Part shown: positions 18,186 to 31,300 of the stretch, one piece after another
Numbering within the stretch: the stretch's first letter is position 1
Layout of the letters: each line of letters opens with the position of its first letter
From: a virus
Taxonomy: Duplodnaviria; Caudoviricetes
Virus record (IMG/VR): IMGVR_UViG_3300034374_009547
Reading direction: 5' to 3' (one strand)
Length of the DNA: 64,000 nt
The notes under the pieces: model-generated
Database searches by the model: none
Seen by the model: the letters and a program-made list of their open reading frames with translations, nothing else
What the model was told of the DNA's origin: nothing
Made by a program: the position numbers and the translations under genes

Positions 18186-19100
18186 TTATAAATCTTGAGT
18201 TTTTTGGAAGTTAGGAGCAGGGTTATTTACATATAATCCGTCTGCATCATATGGTCTATAATGTAGAACTTCACTTACTAGTTCTCCATCTACGTATTCG
18301 TCGCCGCCGCCTGTTCCTACATCAGCGTCACTAAATTCAATCTCAAAATCAATTGTAGAATCATTAGGCGCTTTTGCTCTAATGATATATTCATTTTCTG
18401 TATAATCAGCCGTACCCTGTTTTGTGAATACAACTTGATAACTTGTTGTCAAGTCTTCATTACCAATTGCAGAACCGGTACCACTTCCTGGATTAGTATT
18501 AGTTGTTTCTGTTCTGCCAAAATCAATTCTTTGCATGTTTGTAAGAATTGTTTCCCAGTTTTGGTTTTTCAAAACAATAACAGGATCTGTATTCGAAACA
18601 TCTCTTGCAAAAGTTGCATTAAATTGTATCAATCCGCCTGCATTAAAAAATCCTCTACGTGCATTTGGAGATGTAAACCCTGCGCTAAAACGATGATATA
18701 TACTTTGTGGTAATGCTGTACCACCCCAATTATTTGTGCGAGTGCTGTTTATGCCGGCATTAGTTTGTAACATGGCATCTGGGTCAGCAACAAATCTATT
18801 TGTTTCAAGATCGGTAATCAGTAATTCGTATGCTGCATGTAATGCTTCTGTAATTTCTGCTGTTGTAGTTACTTGTGTAATTGTTGTGGCAAGATCAGGA
18901 GCGTTTTGATGAAAATAAACTTTTTGAAAATCTGTATACAATGCATTCATATGTGATGCTTGTACCGTTTCTCCAATAGGAACAGAACTACTAGACACAA
19001 CGTTATTGTATCCTTTGTCACCTGCTCCTGTACCTAATAATGCTGCTATTTTTCCTTGTAACTGATTGTACCTTGCTGCTGAAATGATTTGGTTAACCAT
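18186..19100 (-). CDS. Putative virion structural protein
   Basis: ISAARYNQLQ..LG.G..GY N-terminus; paralog of 17089..18132; TAAATA upstream (19119-19114). Confidence 0.6.
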   Translation of the reverse strand: MVNQIISAARYNQLQGKIAALLGTGAGDKGYNNVVSSSSVPIGETVQASHMNALYTDFQKVYFHQNAPDLATTITQVTTTAEITEALHAAYELLITDLETNRFVADPDAMLQTNAGINSTRTNNWGGTALPQSIYHRFSAGFTSPNARRGFFNAGGLIQFNATFARDVSNTDPVIVLKNQNWETILTNMQRIDFGRTETTNTNPGSGTGSAIGNEDLTTSYQVVFTKQGTADYTENEYIIRAKAPNDSTIDFEIEFSDADVGTGGGDEYVDGELVSEVLHYRPYDADGLYVNNPAPNFQKTQDL

Positions 19101-19123
19101 AAAACTATCCTTTTATTTACTTA

Positions 19124-20650
19124 TCATTTAAGCACACACTCTACTAGTTTTTCATCATTGCTATCATTTGATTCAAGCGCCACTCCTACTAGTCCTGTGG
19201 TTGCTGTAGTTGTGCATACGCCCTCTTCCCATGCATAAACGGCTTGACCTTTTTTAACAGGTCCTTTTACACGTACTGGTACACGACCTTTAAGTGCAAT
19301 GTATTGTCCTTCTGCTTCGCTGTTCATCATAAATGCTGGATCAGTGCTTACAACACCAATACACATCGAACTGCTTTTTGCTGGAACAACTTCACAGCAA
19401 TCATCATCACCAACTGCTACTGCTGTTCCTGGTTCTAAATCAGTATCACCTGTAGTATACTTTTCAGCTAGGTCTGCATAACGAGCTTTTGTAGCTGTAC
19501 CATTAAATTCAACTGCTGTAATATCACCTGTGCTGTCTCTCGAAACAATAGATGTTTTATCAGAAGTTCCTGGTACTGCAATACTAGCTGCATATGTTAT
19601 ACCAGAAATAACTAAACCATTTGCTGCATCAGCAGTACCTTTAAATGCTGTAGCATGAATTTGAGCAAACTTTTTAGTTGTACTACCAATGTTGTATAAA
19701 TCATTAGTAACTGGGAATAACCCTGTATTAGAAGCATCAGTATTTTGGACTGCTAAAATTTTTGTTGCTGTTCCTGATGGTCTAGTTGCACCTAAGTATA
19801 GTTTATCACCGGCTGTTGTATTTTTATTCCAAATAATTGGACTTGTACCATCTGTATCAATTTTAACTTCTAAATCATTGCTATCACCTAACGTAAATCC
19901 AGCATCGTTAAAGTTAACAGATTCTGATGTAAGTCTATAATCAGCTGCTGGTCTTCCGCCTAAATTTAATGCATCATTTGCTGTACCCCAGATAATAGGT
20001 TCATTAGTATCACCTGAAACTGGGTTGCCGAGGTTGTTTTGTGTTTGACCGCTAGAACTATTTACTAGTGTAACACCTCTTTTAACAAGAGTAAATCCTG
20101 TTAATGTTGGAACACCTTCTGGCTGTTCTGATTTTAATGTAAATTCAACATTAGATGTAATATATAAAGGAACGTCATTGATTAGAGCAATAATAATATT
20201 TCTTTCAGTGTCAGTGTTATCTAGGACGGTAGCACTTAACATTTGTGTTGTGCCTGTACCTGCTGATTGCGGTCCTACAAGCACAAATTCTCCTGACCCT
20301 GTTTTTCCGTACAATTGGTTGTTTACGGTACTCCACCATAAATCACCTTCATTTAATCCTGCTGGCTCACTTGATGCAACTTCTGCACCGCCTGCATTTT
20401 TCCATGCTGTACCAGTATAAAACTTTAATTTAGTAGTTCCTGCATCATACCAAACTTGCCCTGTAATTTTATTACTAGGTGCAGTTGTTCCTGCAAAACT
20501 TTCTAAAAGATGCACAAAGTTTTCGTTTTGTGCTTCACCATACCCACTATAGTTTTTACCAACTAATTTTAGGTCAGTGCTTTGATCAATTGTACCGTCT
20601 TCAACTACGGTAAGTTGTGTTCCGTTAAATAAATTAACAATATAAGCCAT
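19124..20650 (-). CDS. Tail fibre/spike protein with C-terminal intramolecular-chaperone (peptidase G2-like) domain
   Basis: Shared N-terminal module (LKLVGKNYSGYGE..NENF.HLLE.FA; GQVWYD). C-terminal ADLAEKY..IGVVSTDP..IALKGRVPV. Confidence 0.7.
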   Translation of the reverse strand: MAYIVNLFNGTQLTVVEDGTIDQSTDLKLVGKNYSGYGEAQNENFVHLLESFAGTTAPSNKITGQVWYDAGTTKLKFYTGTAWKNAGGAEVASSEPAGLNEGDLWWSTVNNQLYGKTGSGEFVLVGPQSAGTGTTQMLSATVLDNTDTERNIIIALINDVPLYITSNVEFTLKSEQPEGVPTLTGFTLVKRGVTLVNSSSGQTQNNLGNPVSGDTNEPIIWGTANDALNLGGRPAADYRLTSESVNFNDAGFTLGDSNDLEVKIDTDGTSPIIWNKNTTAGDKLYLGATRPSGTATKILAVQNTDASNTGLFPVTNDLYNIGSTTKKFAQIHATAFKGTADAANGLVISGITYAASIAVPGTSDKTSIVSRDSTGDITAVEFNGTATKARYADLAEKYTTGDTDLEPGTAVAVGDDDCCEVVPAKSSSMCIGVVSTDPAFMMNSEAEGQYIALKGRVPVRVKGPVKKGQAVYAWEEGVCTTTATTGLVGVALESNDSNDEKLVECVLK

Positions 20651-20680
20651 TTTTGCTCCTCGTCCTTATTGTATTTATCG

Positions 20681-22657
20681 TTATACCGCAGATGCAGCGA
20701 TCTCCCCAGATGATGCAGTCCACAAACCTGCTGAAACTTGCATCGTGATTGTCAATCTTGTAATAGTAAAATCAATGTTTGCAGTTGTATCACCAATTGT
20801 AAAATCACTAACAACATTAACGTTTTGTACACCAGCACTATCAACAGCAGTAAGTGTTTTAGAAACACCAGTGTTAGTGTCAATAGTTTGTGTTACAGCT
20901 TGATATCTATAAGCATGAATACTTGCTTGTGTACCAGACGGTCTGTCAGCAGCAGGTGCAATTTCATTTAAGATAGTTGCAACATTTGCAAGCAATGTCT
21001 GGTCGCCGCCGCCTGCATATGTACCAGTAGCATATGTTGTTCCTAGGCCAGTAACATCCAAACCTGTAACCAGTGGTGACGCTAATATTTCGTCGTCTAC
21101 ATATTTTTTAGGTGCTACATCATAATCGTCGCCTTCAGTTAAAAGTGGATTAATTGCAACTTCTCTTGCACTATATGGTTTTTCAACATTTGTAATTTTT
21201 TGTCTGTTAATTAAATTAATGCTACCAACAGATTGAAGTTCTAAATTATTAGTTGTAGAAATCCTGTCTTCTGTTAAAGTCATTGTGTCACTTTGATTTT
21301 GATCTCCAACAACTAAACTATTCAACTGGCCAATAGTTCTTAAACTACTATTAACAACATTTGCTCCAAGAGTATCTTTTGTTAAAACATCAACACCCTC
21401 AATTTTGTATGAAAAAACATCTCTTTTTAAATTAAAGTTAGTAGAACTAGTCCACGAATCAGTTGCTTGATACCATAGTAGTTCTTTGTCATCACCTGTA
21501 ACTCTTACAACAATACCTGATTCGTTAACTTCTGCATCTGTAGGTAAAGTACTATCATCAGTAATTGCTAGTTCAATTTGTTTATCTTCAATACGTAAGT
21601 TAAACACATCAAGTGCAATACTATCACCTTCGACCATAAGATCTTTAGTAATTCTTACGCTACCGTTTACATCTAATGCATAAGCGGGTGTATCTGTTAA
21701 AATACCAACTGCTGGACCTGCAACAACTTCTACTTGAGGATCTGTTGGATTTACACGTTCTATTCTGTTTTCATTCCATGCATCAAAGTACATTAATGTG
21801 TACTGGTTTCCTGCACCGTTTGTGTAATTTTCTTTCATGCTAATTTTATGATCAGCATTACTAATATTATTTTGCCAAACCGTTGTTTGTCCTTCAACAC
21901 GTAAAGTTATATCACTATCATTACCTACAATTAATCCGCCATCATTTGCAATTGTAATTCTACCTGTAGTAACATCATCTTGTGTTGTTCTCATAAGTGC
22001 ATCAACATCAACATAACCGCCAGCGCCATCATTTAGTTGATCTGCATATAATGCTTTACCAGTAATAGTATAATTAGGAAATGCTCCATTAACATTAAAT
22101 CCTTGTACAAGACTATCAAAACCTACAATTGCAGGAAATGGCGTAAATGCTTCTTTTGCATATATTCCTAGTAATGCACCGTTTATATATTTTTTAATTA
22201 CAACTTTTGTTTGTCCGGCTGTATCTTTTATTGTTTCAACAACATCGCCTGTTTTTTGCTGAGTTTTACTATAAATTGGTCCAACTAAAACTGCTTCTGT
22301 TCCATTCCAAAATTTAAGTTGATCATTTGAACCATCGATCCAAATATCACCTTGTATTAATCCCTCTGGTTGTGAGCTTGAAAAAATTGTACTATCTGTA
22401 CTTCTAAATGTAGATCCATCATAAACTTTAAGCCTGCCTGCTCCGCTATCATACCATAGTTGTCCTTTTATAGGTGCATTTGGAGCAGCACTATTACTAA
22501 AGTTTTCTAAAATTTTAATAAAGTTTTCATTAATACTTTCACCAAAACCTTGATAGTTTTTACCAATTAAATTAATATTAAGTGTTGTTGTATCTAAAAC
22601 ACCATCAACTAATTCAACCAGTATAGAGCCGTCTGTTTTGTTTAACTTATATGCCAT
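20681..22657 (-). CDS. Tail fibre/baseplate-associated structural protein
   Basis: Same N-terminal module (LIGKNYQGFGESINENFIKILENFS; GQLWYD) and a beta-rich body. Confidence 0.7.
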   Translation of the reverse strand: MAYKLNKTDGSILVELVDGVLDTTTLNINLIGKNYQGFGESINENFIKILENFSNSAAPNAPIKGQLWYDSGAGRLKVYDGSTFRSTDSTIFSSSQPEGLIQGDIWIDGSNDQLKFWNGTEAVLVGPIYSKTQQKTGDVVETIKDTAGQTKVVIKKYINGALLGIYAKEAFTPFPAIVGFDSLVQGFNVNGAFPNYTITGKALYADQLNDGAGGYVDVDALMRTTQDDVTTGRITIANDGGLIVGNDSDITLRVEGQTTVWQNNISNADHKISMKENYTNGAGNQYTLMYFDAWNENRIERVNPTDPQVEVVAGPAVGILTDTPAYALDVNGSVRITKDLMVEGDSIALDVFNLRIEDKQIELAITDDSTLPTDAEVNESGIVVRVTGDDKELLWYQATDSWTSSTNFNLKRDVFSYKIEGVDVLTKDTLGANVVNSSLRTIGQLNSLVVGDQNQSDTMTLTEDRISTTNNLELQSVGSINLINRQKITNVEKPYSAREVAINPLLTEGDDYDVAPKKYVDDEILASPLVTGLDVTGLGTTYATGTYAGGGDQTLLANVATILNEIAPAADRPSGTQASIHAYRYQAVTQTIDTNTGVSKTLTAVDSAGVQNVNVVSDFTIGDTTANIDFTITRLTITMQVSAGLWTASSGEIAASAV

Positions 22658-24684
22658 TATGATACTCCGGTCCAGATAATAAAGTTAATTGCTAAGTATG
22701 GGTTAGCAACAAGTAGGTCTGTAGGTCCTGCGTAATCTCTTATTCCACCTGTGCTTTCGATTCTTGTACCTGTACCTGATGTGTCACCATCATTTGCAAC
22801 CGTTCCAGTTGCACTATGTGTAGCAGTAGTTGTAGCATAATATGGATTACCTGCTGAATCTACTAAATCATGTTGGTGATCTGGCAAGTTATCTACCGTA
22901 ATAGCACGTCTGTCTGCACCAGCAACTGCACCCATTGTTTCAACACTTCCAACTTCCATACGATTTGCGCCGCCTGGTCTTCCTCTACCAAGTGGAAAAC
23001 GTCCTCTAAGATCAGGTACACAAAAATAAAGGTTTCTGTCGAAGCCAAAATCTGCAGGATCACCAAAATAGTAAGTGTTGGTATCGGTCGCATCGTAACC
23101 AAGTGCATTTTGTAATAACCCATAAGTGTTTATAGGTGCAGGCTGTCCGTCACACCATAACCAACCGGTTGGTAATGAAGCACCGCCATACATAACAACC
23201 GTTCCAACAGGATTGGTTGCTACCGTACTAATTAATTGATTAGGTGTTGCTTTTACTAATGTACCACCTTGATTTATTAATATTTCATCTGTAGCACTAT
23301 TAATACTTGCTGCTGCTGGTTTGCCAGTTACAAAGCTAGGATCAATAGTAGTTGTAAATGTCTTAGATGTGCCGCCAACTTGACCATCAAATGTAAAACT
23401 TGTACCTGACACATCTCCTGTCATATTAAATGTCGTTGCACTATTAAGTTTTGCTGCTCTACCTGCTGCACCACTTACGTTACCTGTTACATCACCAGTT
23501 AAGTTGCCTGTGATACGATTAGCATACAAGCTATCATAAGGCGCAACCGTACTACCAATTGATCTTACATTTGCTGTATCAGGTAAAAGATTTCCAGCAG
23601 TAACACTACCATCAACGGTTGCACTACCACCAACATTTAAATTTTTTGTAATACCTGCGCCGCCTGCAACTCTTAAACTACCTGTTGTTGCACTGGTGCT
23701 TTCAGTTGTACCACCTACAATTACATTACTATCAGTTTGAATATTACCTGTTACATCTAAACTCTCTGTTGGATTTAAATTGTTAATTCCAATATTACCA
23801 TCACTCTTAATCCTAATAGGAGATATTGTACTTCCTGCATTGTTTACACGAATATCAATATTAGCGCCCGAAATACTTTGTTGTATAACACCTGTAGTAC
23901 CTTCGGCAATTAAACTTAATGTTTTTGCTGTACCAATTTCAATACCGCCGTTATTTCTAATTTGTTGTTTTTTTGTAAATTGGTTTGTTAGATTTACTTG
24001 TGCAAATTCTGAAGATGCTATTTCTGCACCACTAATTAACAAATTTTCTGCTGTTTTTGCCAAACCATTAAATTTTATATTTGATAAAGATTTACTAGGA
24101 TTTATTCCAACTCTAATTGGAACCGTTGAGCTATAACCAGCAATTGGAGATTTTGGACTAAATTCTTCGTTACTGATAATTGTAACAGGAATATTGTTAA
24201 TATAATTAATTACTACCGTATAAGCAACGTCATCAGTTCCAGTAATTGTTTCAGGAAGTGCGCCGGCTTTATTACCGTCTGAATATGTAGGACCAACAAG
24301 TAGCCAACCGCTGCCACTATACAAATATAATTGACTATTGGTTGTATCTACCCATAAATCTCCTGTAACACTATTTCCAGCATCGGGCTCTGATTGTCCT
24401 TTTTTAAGGCCGCCAGCAGCCACCCAACTTGTACCATCATATATTTTCAGCTGATCAACGCCATCTGTTGTATCATACCAAAGTTGTCCTTCTACAGGAT
24501 TACTAGGAGGATTAACATTTGCAAAGTTTTCAAGTAAATGTAAAAAATTGCTGTTTAGAATTAATCCGTAATCATTTAAAAGTCTTCCTACAAGTGTTAA
24601 ACTTGTTTCGTTATTTGGTGATTTATCCTCTACGGTAATATTACCTTTATTGGCCTCATCTGTAAATGGTACTGAATATGCCAT
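22657..24684 (-). CDS. Tail fibre protein with C-terminal tail collar domain
   Basis: Same N-terminal module; collar motif PVGTVVMYGG..P.GWLWCDG..F.VPDLRGRFPLG..PYLAINFII. Confidence 0.8.
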   Translation of the reverse strand: MAYSVPFTDEANKGNITVEDKSPNNETSLTLVGRLLNDYGLILNSNFLHLLENFANVNPPSNPVEGQLWYDTTDGVDQLKIYDGTSWVAAGGLKKGQSEPDAGNSVTGDLWVDTTNSQLYLYSGSGWLLVGPTYSDGNKAGALPETITGTDDVAYTVVINYINNIPVTIISNEEFSPKSPIAGYSSTVPIRVGINPSKSLSNIKFNGLAKTAENLLISGAEIASSEFAQVNLTNQFTKKQQIRNNGGIEIGTAKTLSLIAEGTTGVIQQSISGANIDIRVNNAGSTISPIRIKSDGNIGINNLNPTESLDVTGNIQTDSNVIVGGTTESTSATTGSLRVAGGAGITKNLNVGGSATVDGSVTAGNLLPDTANVRSIGSTVAPYDSLYANRITGNLTGDVTGNVSGAAGRAAKLNSATTFNMTGDVSGTSFTFDGQVGGTSKTFTTTIDPSFVTGKPAAASINSATDEILINQGGTLVKATPNQLISTVATNPVGTVVMYGGASLPTGWLWCDGQPAPINTYGLLQNALGYDATDTNTYYFGDPADFGFDRNLYFCVPDLRGRFPLGRGRPGGANRMEVGSVETMGAVAGADRRAITVDNLPDHQHDLVDSAGNPYYATTTATHSATGTVANDGDTSGTGTRIESTGGIRDYAGPTDLLVANPYLAINFIIWTGVS

Positions 24685-25292
24685 TAGCTATTCCCTCCGC
24701 TAAGGCTTTGCACTCTAACGGTGTAATCAACTTGAATTAATCTGTTTAAAGACTTTTGTACAGGATGGAAAATAACATGTGTTAACAATCTGCCACTACC
24801 GTTTGTGTCACTTGAATATGCTTTCAAGCCTAACTCATCAAAAACAAATTGATCTTCAGTATTTGCTGCTGTGTCAAAAGCATCTTGTCCATCTGGTTCA
24901 CCATAATCTAACAAACAACTTACAACTAGGTCGGTGTAATTTGTACCACTAACATGTCTAGTTTCAATTTTATTTCTTGTAGGATCTGAATTATTAACAC
25001 TTCTGTCGTCCACAACTTTAGCATAAGTTTCGTTATATAAACTTGAATTTGTGCCAGTGCTGTTAGGTGTTAGATATGTTATAATACCTGTCGGATCAAC
25101 GCTAGTACCACCGTTGCCAAACGCCATTTGATACACAAATCCTTCACCAGCATTTCCTAAACTTTCAGCTAGTGAAATACTCATGTTTTCATAATGAATA
25201 GCATTACGCTTATTCACAAATACAAAGCCTGATTCAGGATTGTATATTTTTATATGTCCTTCTATGTGTACTCCACTTTGATCATTAATCAT
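24684..25292 (-). CDS. Conserved-looking baseplate/tail structural protein
   Basis: GHIKI..NAIH..MAFGNGG..FDELGL..HVIFHPVQKSLNR.I.VDYTVR pattern; sits within the tail operon. Confidence 0.55.
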   Translation of the reverse strand: MINDQSGVHIEGHIKIYNPESGFVFVNKRNAIHYENMSISLAESLGNAGEGFVYQMAFGNGGTSVDPTGIITYLTPNSTGTNSSLYNETYAKVVDDRSVNNSDPTRNKIETRHVSGTNYTDLVVSCLLDYGEPDGQDAFDTAANTEDQFVFDELGLKAYSSDTNGSGRLLTHVIFHPVQKSLNRLIQVDYTVRVQSLSGGNS

Positions 25293-25318
25293 TTTTATTT
25301 TCCGTTCCTATATTGTAT

Positions 25319-28300
25319 TTATCGGGGATACGATATTGTTGATTTCTTTATAAAATTAGCAATTTGATTATTACTATCTACAAGTGATTTATCAGTGTCT
25401 GACCAAACTTTACCAGTTTTTCTTACAATCTGAATGTTTATTCCGTCTGCAGGAATATCTGCAAGTGTTAACACCGTTTGCAATGTGCCATCTACAGATA
25501 CAACTTCGACAGAAAATTCTGCCGGCACCGTTTCGTCTGCGTCAGGCGAATCTTGGTCTAATGTTTGATTAAACACACTAATACTATTTTTTCTTAATCT
25601 ACGTCCGCCAACAAAGACATCAAATGAATTGATTGTATCAGTTACAAAGTCTAAAACAAATTGATGTGTTGAACCGTCGCCTACATACTTTGTTGTGTAT
25701 GTTGCATCTTTGTATGGTATATTTTCTTCTATACCTTGTCCGTAAACGGTTGTACCTTTTGGTATTATATTAGGTGTACCTGTGCCTAATGTACCTCTAC
25801 GAATTTGCCTTAAAACATTACCGGTAACAGAATAGTATTCAATGCGTTCTTTATCTACCCAAATAACTCCAGGCAAGCCAATAGATCTATTTGGTTCTTG
25901 AATACCCGTTGCATCAGTTAACACAATACTATTATCATAGTAATTTAAAGGTTGATTTAATTCATATGAATTTGAATTACTAATACGCTTATAATGAGTT
26001 CTGTTGAGCATATCTTTAAATATTCTATATGCAAACTTAGGTTTACTTACAATTGCTGCAAACTGAATTACTTCAATAGTTTCTGTACCGCCAGGTTTTC
26101 TCATTAATTGCACAGCATCTAAACCAGGAGTTAACTTGTAATCAATATTAGGCGTTTGTAAAATACCATTTCTCAACACCCAAACATATTCAGCAGATAC
26201 TGCTGTTTTTTCAAGTTTAATATAACCTCTCGACAAGCTATTCTTTTCAATATATTCATCTGAACCAACTGGTGCGTGTGTTGTGTAGTATACAACATCG
26301 TAAGTGTTTCTTCTTATATCGTTTATGTCATGATTACTAAACACATAAATGTTTACATCACTTCCAGCAGCAGGAACTTGATCTAATGTCAAGTTGTCAC
26401 TTTCCACACATTCAATTTTGCTAATAACAACTTGTGTACTATCAACAAGCGAACTTGCAATAACTGGAGGTGTATCATCTAAACTTTTAATTTGTATTAG
26501 GTCTCTAAGGTATCCTTGAAGTTTAATTTTTACCTCGCTACCATTTCTTGTAAAAGTTTCAACGGTTGCTACTTGGGTTGTACTATCGTCAGTTGTTGCA
26601 AATTCAACAACATCGCCTTGCTCGTAATTGTTAATTGCATCACCGTTAGTGATTGTAACAACGGTATCTACAAAATAATATTCTGCATCACGTACTACAT
26701 ATATGTCAAGCACTTGACCTGCTAATCCAACGGTGTTACTTAATAATTGTACTCTACCATTAATTGGATCATACAAATAATCTTGTGGTCCTAATTTTTG
26801 ATCGTTTACGTAGGCAAAAACATCGCTGTTTCTAATTTGAGTAGGATCTTCAAATTGCCATAGATCAATTGGATATGCACGTTCTGTTGTTAATGTATGT
26901 CTTGTTTTATAGCCAGGATTCAAAAACTTGTTATCAACTGACACAAGTATTCTATGAGATAAAGGCATTGCTACACCAGGTAGCGGTACCATAGGATCTG
27001 TAGTAAACCTGTGTACTCTGTTTACGCCGTCTGATACAAATGTTTGATCAACAAGTAATTGACTATATTGATTTGTTTCACCTTCATACAATGTATAATT
27101 TACAATATCTCCTGTTTGTAATGGCACAGGAAATTCTATAACACAAAATCCGTCTGCATCTTTTTGTAAACTATAATTTGCAGGATCTGTTGTAAACTGC
27201 AATGTACCATTTAGTGTAACAAATCCGCTCATGTCATTTACAAATTTAACATTTGTAGGAACTAGTCTAGTGGTGTTATCTACAGCAATATATTGATCAG
27301 TGTCAATGATATTTTTACCATTTGCACCAATTGTTAGTATGCTTAGTAATGCATTGGCTTCCCATGCACTACTATCGGCTAATCTAATTGTAGCAGTTTC
27401 CCAATCAATTGTGTAGTCATTACTATCCATAACATAATTGTTTAATTTTACAATCATGCTTGTATCTGCTTGTGGATATTTTACAAAATCATATTCAATT
27501 GTTGAGCCATCTGTTATATGAGTTTTAACACTTATAACACCTTGTCCGTCATTTACAACATTGTAAACTTGCAAATCCATTGTGTCTAAAACTTGTCCGG
27601 GAACTTGTTCTTCGGGACCTTTACTTGTTGTTTCTGTAACAAATCCATCTCCGTCAACAACAATATCTCCAGCATCGATACCGTTAGCAGTAGTATATTC
27701 AAAATTACCGCCTTGTAAACTAACATCATATGCAGTTGTTTCAGGAGTAAAGCTACCATCACTAGTTGATTTACGCACAATTAAAATATCATTTGCAGCA
27801 GTTGTAACATAATCACTATCAAGGAATACGGTATTTGAAATACCGTCACCTGTAATAGTTACCATTTTAGCGTTTGGATTAGCTGTTGCACTACTACCAT
27901 CGAAGTTTGGATCATCTATTCTTACATTATTCAAATATACATTATATTGAACATTTGATTCAAGTACATTGGCAAGCTCTACTACTTGTGTACTTCCATC
28001 TAATGTAATAATTTCATCTTCAAATGTTGTGTCAAAAGTATCAAAATCTAAACCAAATGGAGAAGCTTCAAAACCTCTGTCTGTTCCAAAGTCAACACTA
28101 TCAAGTTGCACACCGCCATAATCAATACCATCCATAAGCTGTGATAAATCTTTTCCCAACATACCAGTTTTAGGATTATAGAAGTAATTAATTCTATCAA
28201 CTGCATGTAACAAGTTTGTTGATTTTTTATACTCAACTACGATTGTACTTGTATCAACAGGTGCATTTGTAAATGTAATTTTACCTAAGTATCTATCGTA

Positions 28301-31300
28301 ACCTTTTGAAGTATCTAAGGTGTTAGAAACTACATAATCATTTGTAAGTAGCTGTTCGTTATTGACAAAGATTTTCGTATCTGCCTTTTTTGTGCTCATT
28401 GGCCACTTAGTTGAAAACTCGGTTTGGCCACCATTTCCTGTAAATGTTTGTGTTTCGTCTAATGTAGAGAACAAGTAATTACCTGTAATTCTATCAAACT
28501 TAACTAACATATGTGTCCTTCTCGAAACACCGTTGCCTATGATAGCGTATGCTTTTGCAGATGAACCGCCTTCTTCAACACTTCCGTTAATTTCAACCGT
28601 AGGTGCTGAGTAATATTTTGCACCTGTTGTATTAACATCTATTAAGGTAATTTTGCCGCCGCCTACTCTAGCATAACCTGTTAATGTAGGACCGCCGCCA
28701 CCTGATACTATTACATTAGCTGTATCCGTATACAAGTTTCCTGCATTAGATATTACAAATTTGGTAATTTCATATCCAGCATTATCTAACCAATGTTTTT
28801 GAGGATATGTTGTAATTTCATTATCATAGAAAACAATTTGATTGTTAATAACTTTAACTAAGTCTGTGATAATTTTACCTTTATCTGCATCATATCTAGG
28901 AGGAACATCAAAATCTGTAATTGTAGTTCTTGTTGGATCAACTTTTTCATAGGAACTAATATATTCTCTAACTTTTGTTGAGAATGGTTTTACTTCATTG
29001 ACGTAATCTTGATAATTTGGCAAGTTATCGTTTTGATAAGTAATTTTTTGTTCTAGTTCTCCAACATTGTGCTTTGCTGTAACTAAACTTGTTTTAAAGA
29101 TCCAATCAATACTTGGTTGCTCTGCAAGTGCATATCTAACACTGCTAAAGAATAGTTTGTTCCATTCCACTTCTAACTGATCTACAAAAATATTATCTCG
29201 TAAAGCGTACATAATAATACGTGTTTCGTTGATCGGTTCTCTATCGTAAAGAACTGCATCATAAACTTGATTATCAAAACCACTTGTCTGATTGTTGTAT
29301 AATAGTTGGCTAATTTGTATTGTTCCGTTTTGTCTACCAATAGTTTTATAATTTACGGTGTAATCTACTTCGGCTTGATTATCAATTTTTTCTAACAATA
29401 ACCAGCCTCCTGAACCAATGTTTTCTATCTTTACAACACTACCAATTCTATTGTTTAATGAAGATAGTGCATATGCACCAGGCACAACTTCATCAATTGC
29501 TGTTGTTGCATTGTAACCTGTAGCATACCAATCTATATATTGCCAGTATCTAGTTACGTCATAACTTTGAATATATTGTCTAAACCAATCACGAGTTGAG
29601 CTATTCCAAGAGTACACACTCCAAAAACCGCTAATTGTGCTGTCGTTTTCAACCAAGACACTGAACGGACGAACTACAAGTGTAGTTGTATCTAAATAAT
29701 TTTTTCCGCCATTTACAACTTCTACACTTGTAATTTGTCCAATTTCATTTATGTAAGTTTGCAGTTCTGCGTTTTCGCCTGTGCCAACTATTTCTACCAC
29801 TGGACCTTTTCTAGCACCAGTGGTATAATTTGGATCGATGTAACCTCTACCTTTATTGGTTATTGTAACTGCTGTTATTACACCATCAACTATAGTAGGT
29901 GTTAGTTTTGCTTGTGTAATTTTTGCAGTACCTACAAATCTCAACAAGTTTTCAGATGCAACTTTTGTATCCCATGCTCCACTAAATTTACTTGGTGCAG
30001 CATCTATTGAAAATAATGGCGAGATATCAAATTCATCAACAATTAAATTGTTTGAAAATACATTGTTAACTCTTTCTACTATTTGTTTTAATGCTTCTGT
30101 TTTGTTTACAAACATAGATTGTAGAGGGCTATCTAAAATACCGTATCTTCTTCCTACACTCACATCGAGTGACGGAATTTGATTTTGTTGTGCATCGTAG
30201 CCTACTAAACTATCAACCCATTTTCTAACGGTATTATCAGATGGTTTGCTTGATGCTAACCCTTCAGTTAGTAATTTATATTCTGTATGAATATTATAAT
30301 CTAACGCATCTTCAATAGCATTGTAGTTAACATGCAAAATTGTATCGGTATCTTTTATTAAACTTCTTACATTGTGTAATGATATTTTATTTTGATCTAA
30401 TAGTAAAGCAAACCTATATCCATTACCTGCTGGATCAGAAATTAATTGAGATACTGATTGAGCACTAATTTTTCTTGATTCAACATCAGGAGTAACTTTT
30501 TTATTTTTAACCCAATAAAAATACTGATTACTAAAAGTTTGACTGACAGGATCATAAACTTTTGTTGTAGTGTATTGACTATCGCTGTATTTAGATTGAC
30601 CGCTTATGTTATTTGCTAATCCTTCAACCGTGTCGGCAATTTCATCCCATTCACTTGGTAAAAGATCTGATTGTATCCATTCATAAACATCAACTTCAAA
30701 CCCCGGTATTACTTTATTCCAAGTGTTTGATTTATATTCAATATTACCTTGATAAGGATTAAACCATTTAACCGTGCTTAAATCCCACCATAACTTTCCA
30801 ACTTGTGTTGAATCCCATATATTTGAATCTGTAATAAGTCCAACGTTATAAGTTGCAGGGTCGTAGTATGTTTTGTAACTTAGTTCTTGTTCTGCAGGTC
30901 CTGCAATTCTACCTTGAATAGGGTCTAATACATCTAAGTATGTGATTAAGTCACTTGTTATTTTATCATACAAATAGACGCCGCGAATTTTATCAATGTT
31001 TACATAATTTTCACCAACACTATTTGTCATCCATGCATTTGCACCTCTTTCACTTCTAAAGTCAGTGACAAAACCACGTTTAGTAGTATTTTCAGCAAAC
31101 GGTGCAGATAGATAATAATGGTTGTCAACAAAGGTAACAAACGGGTTCCTTGCATCTGCAAAATTATTAGCATAACGCATTTTTTCAGCATAGACTAATT
31201 TGTTGTTTAATGGTTCAAAAACATAAATTTGTCCAGTGTCGTATTCTACATCAGTTAATTCTGTTGCCTTGTTATCAAAATATGTTAAATTGCTATCAAA

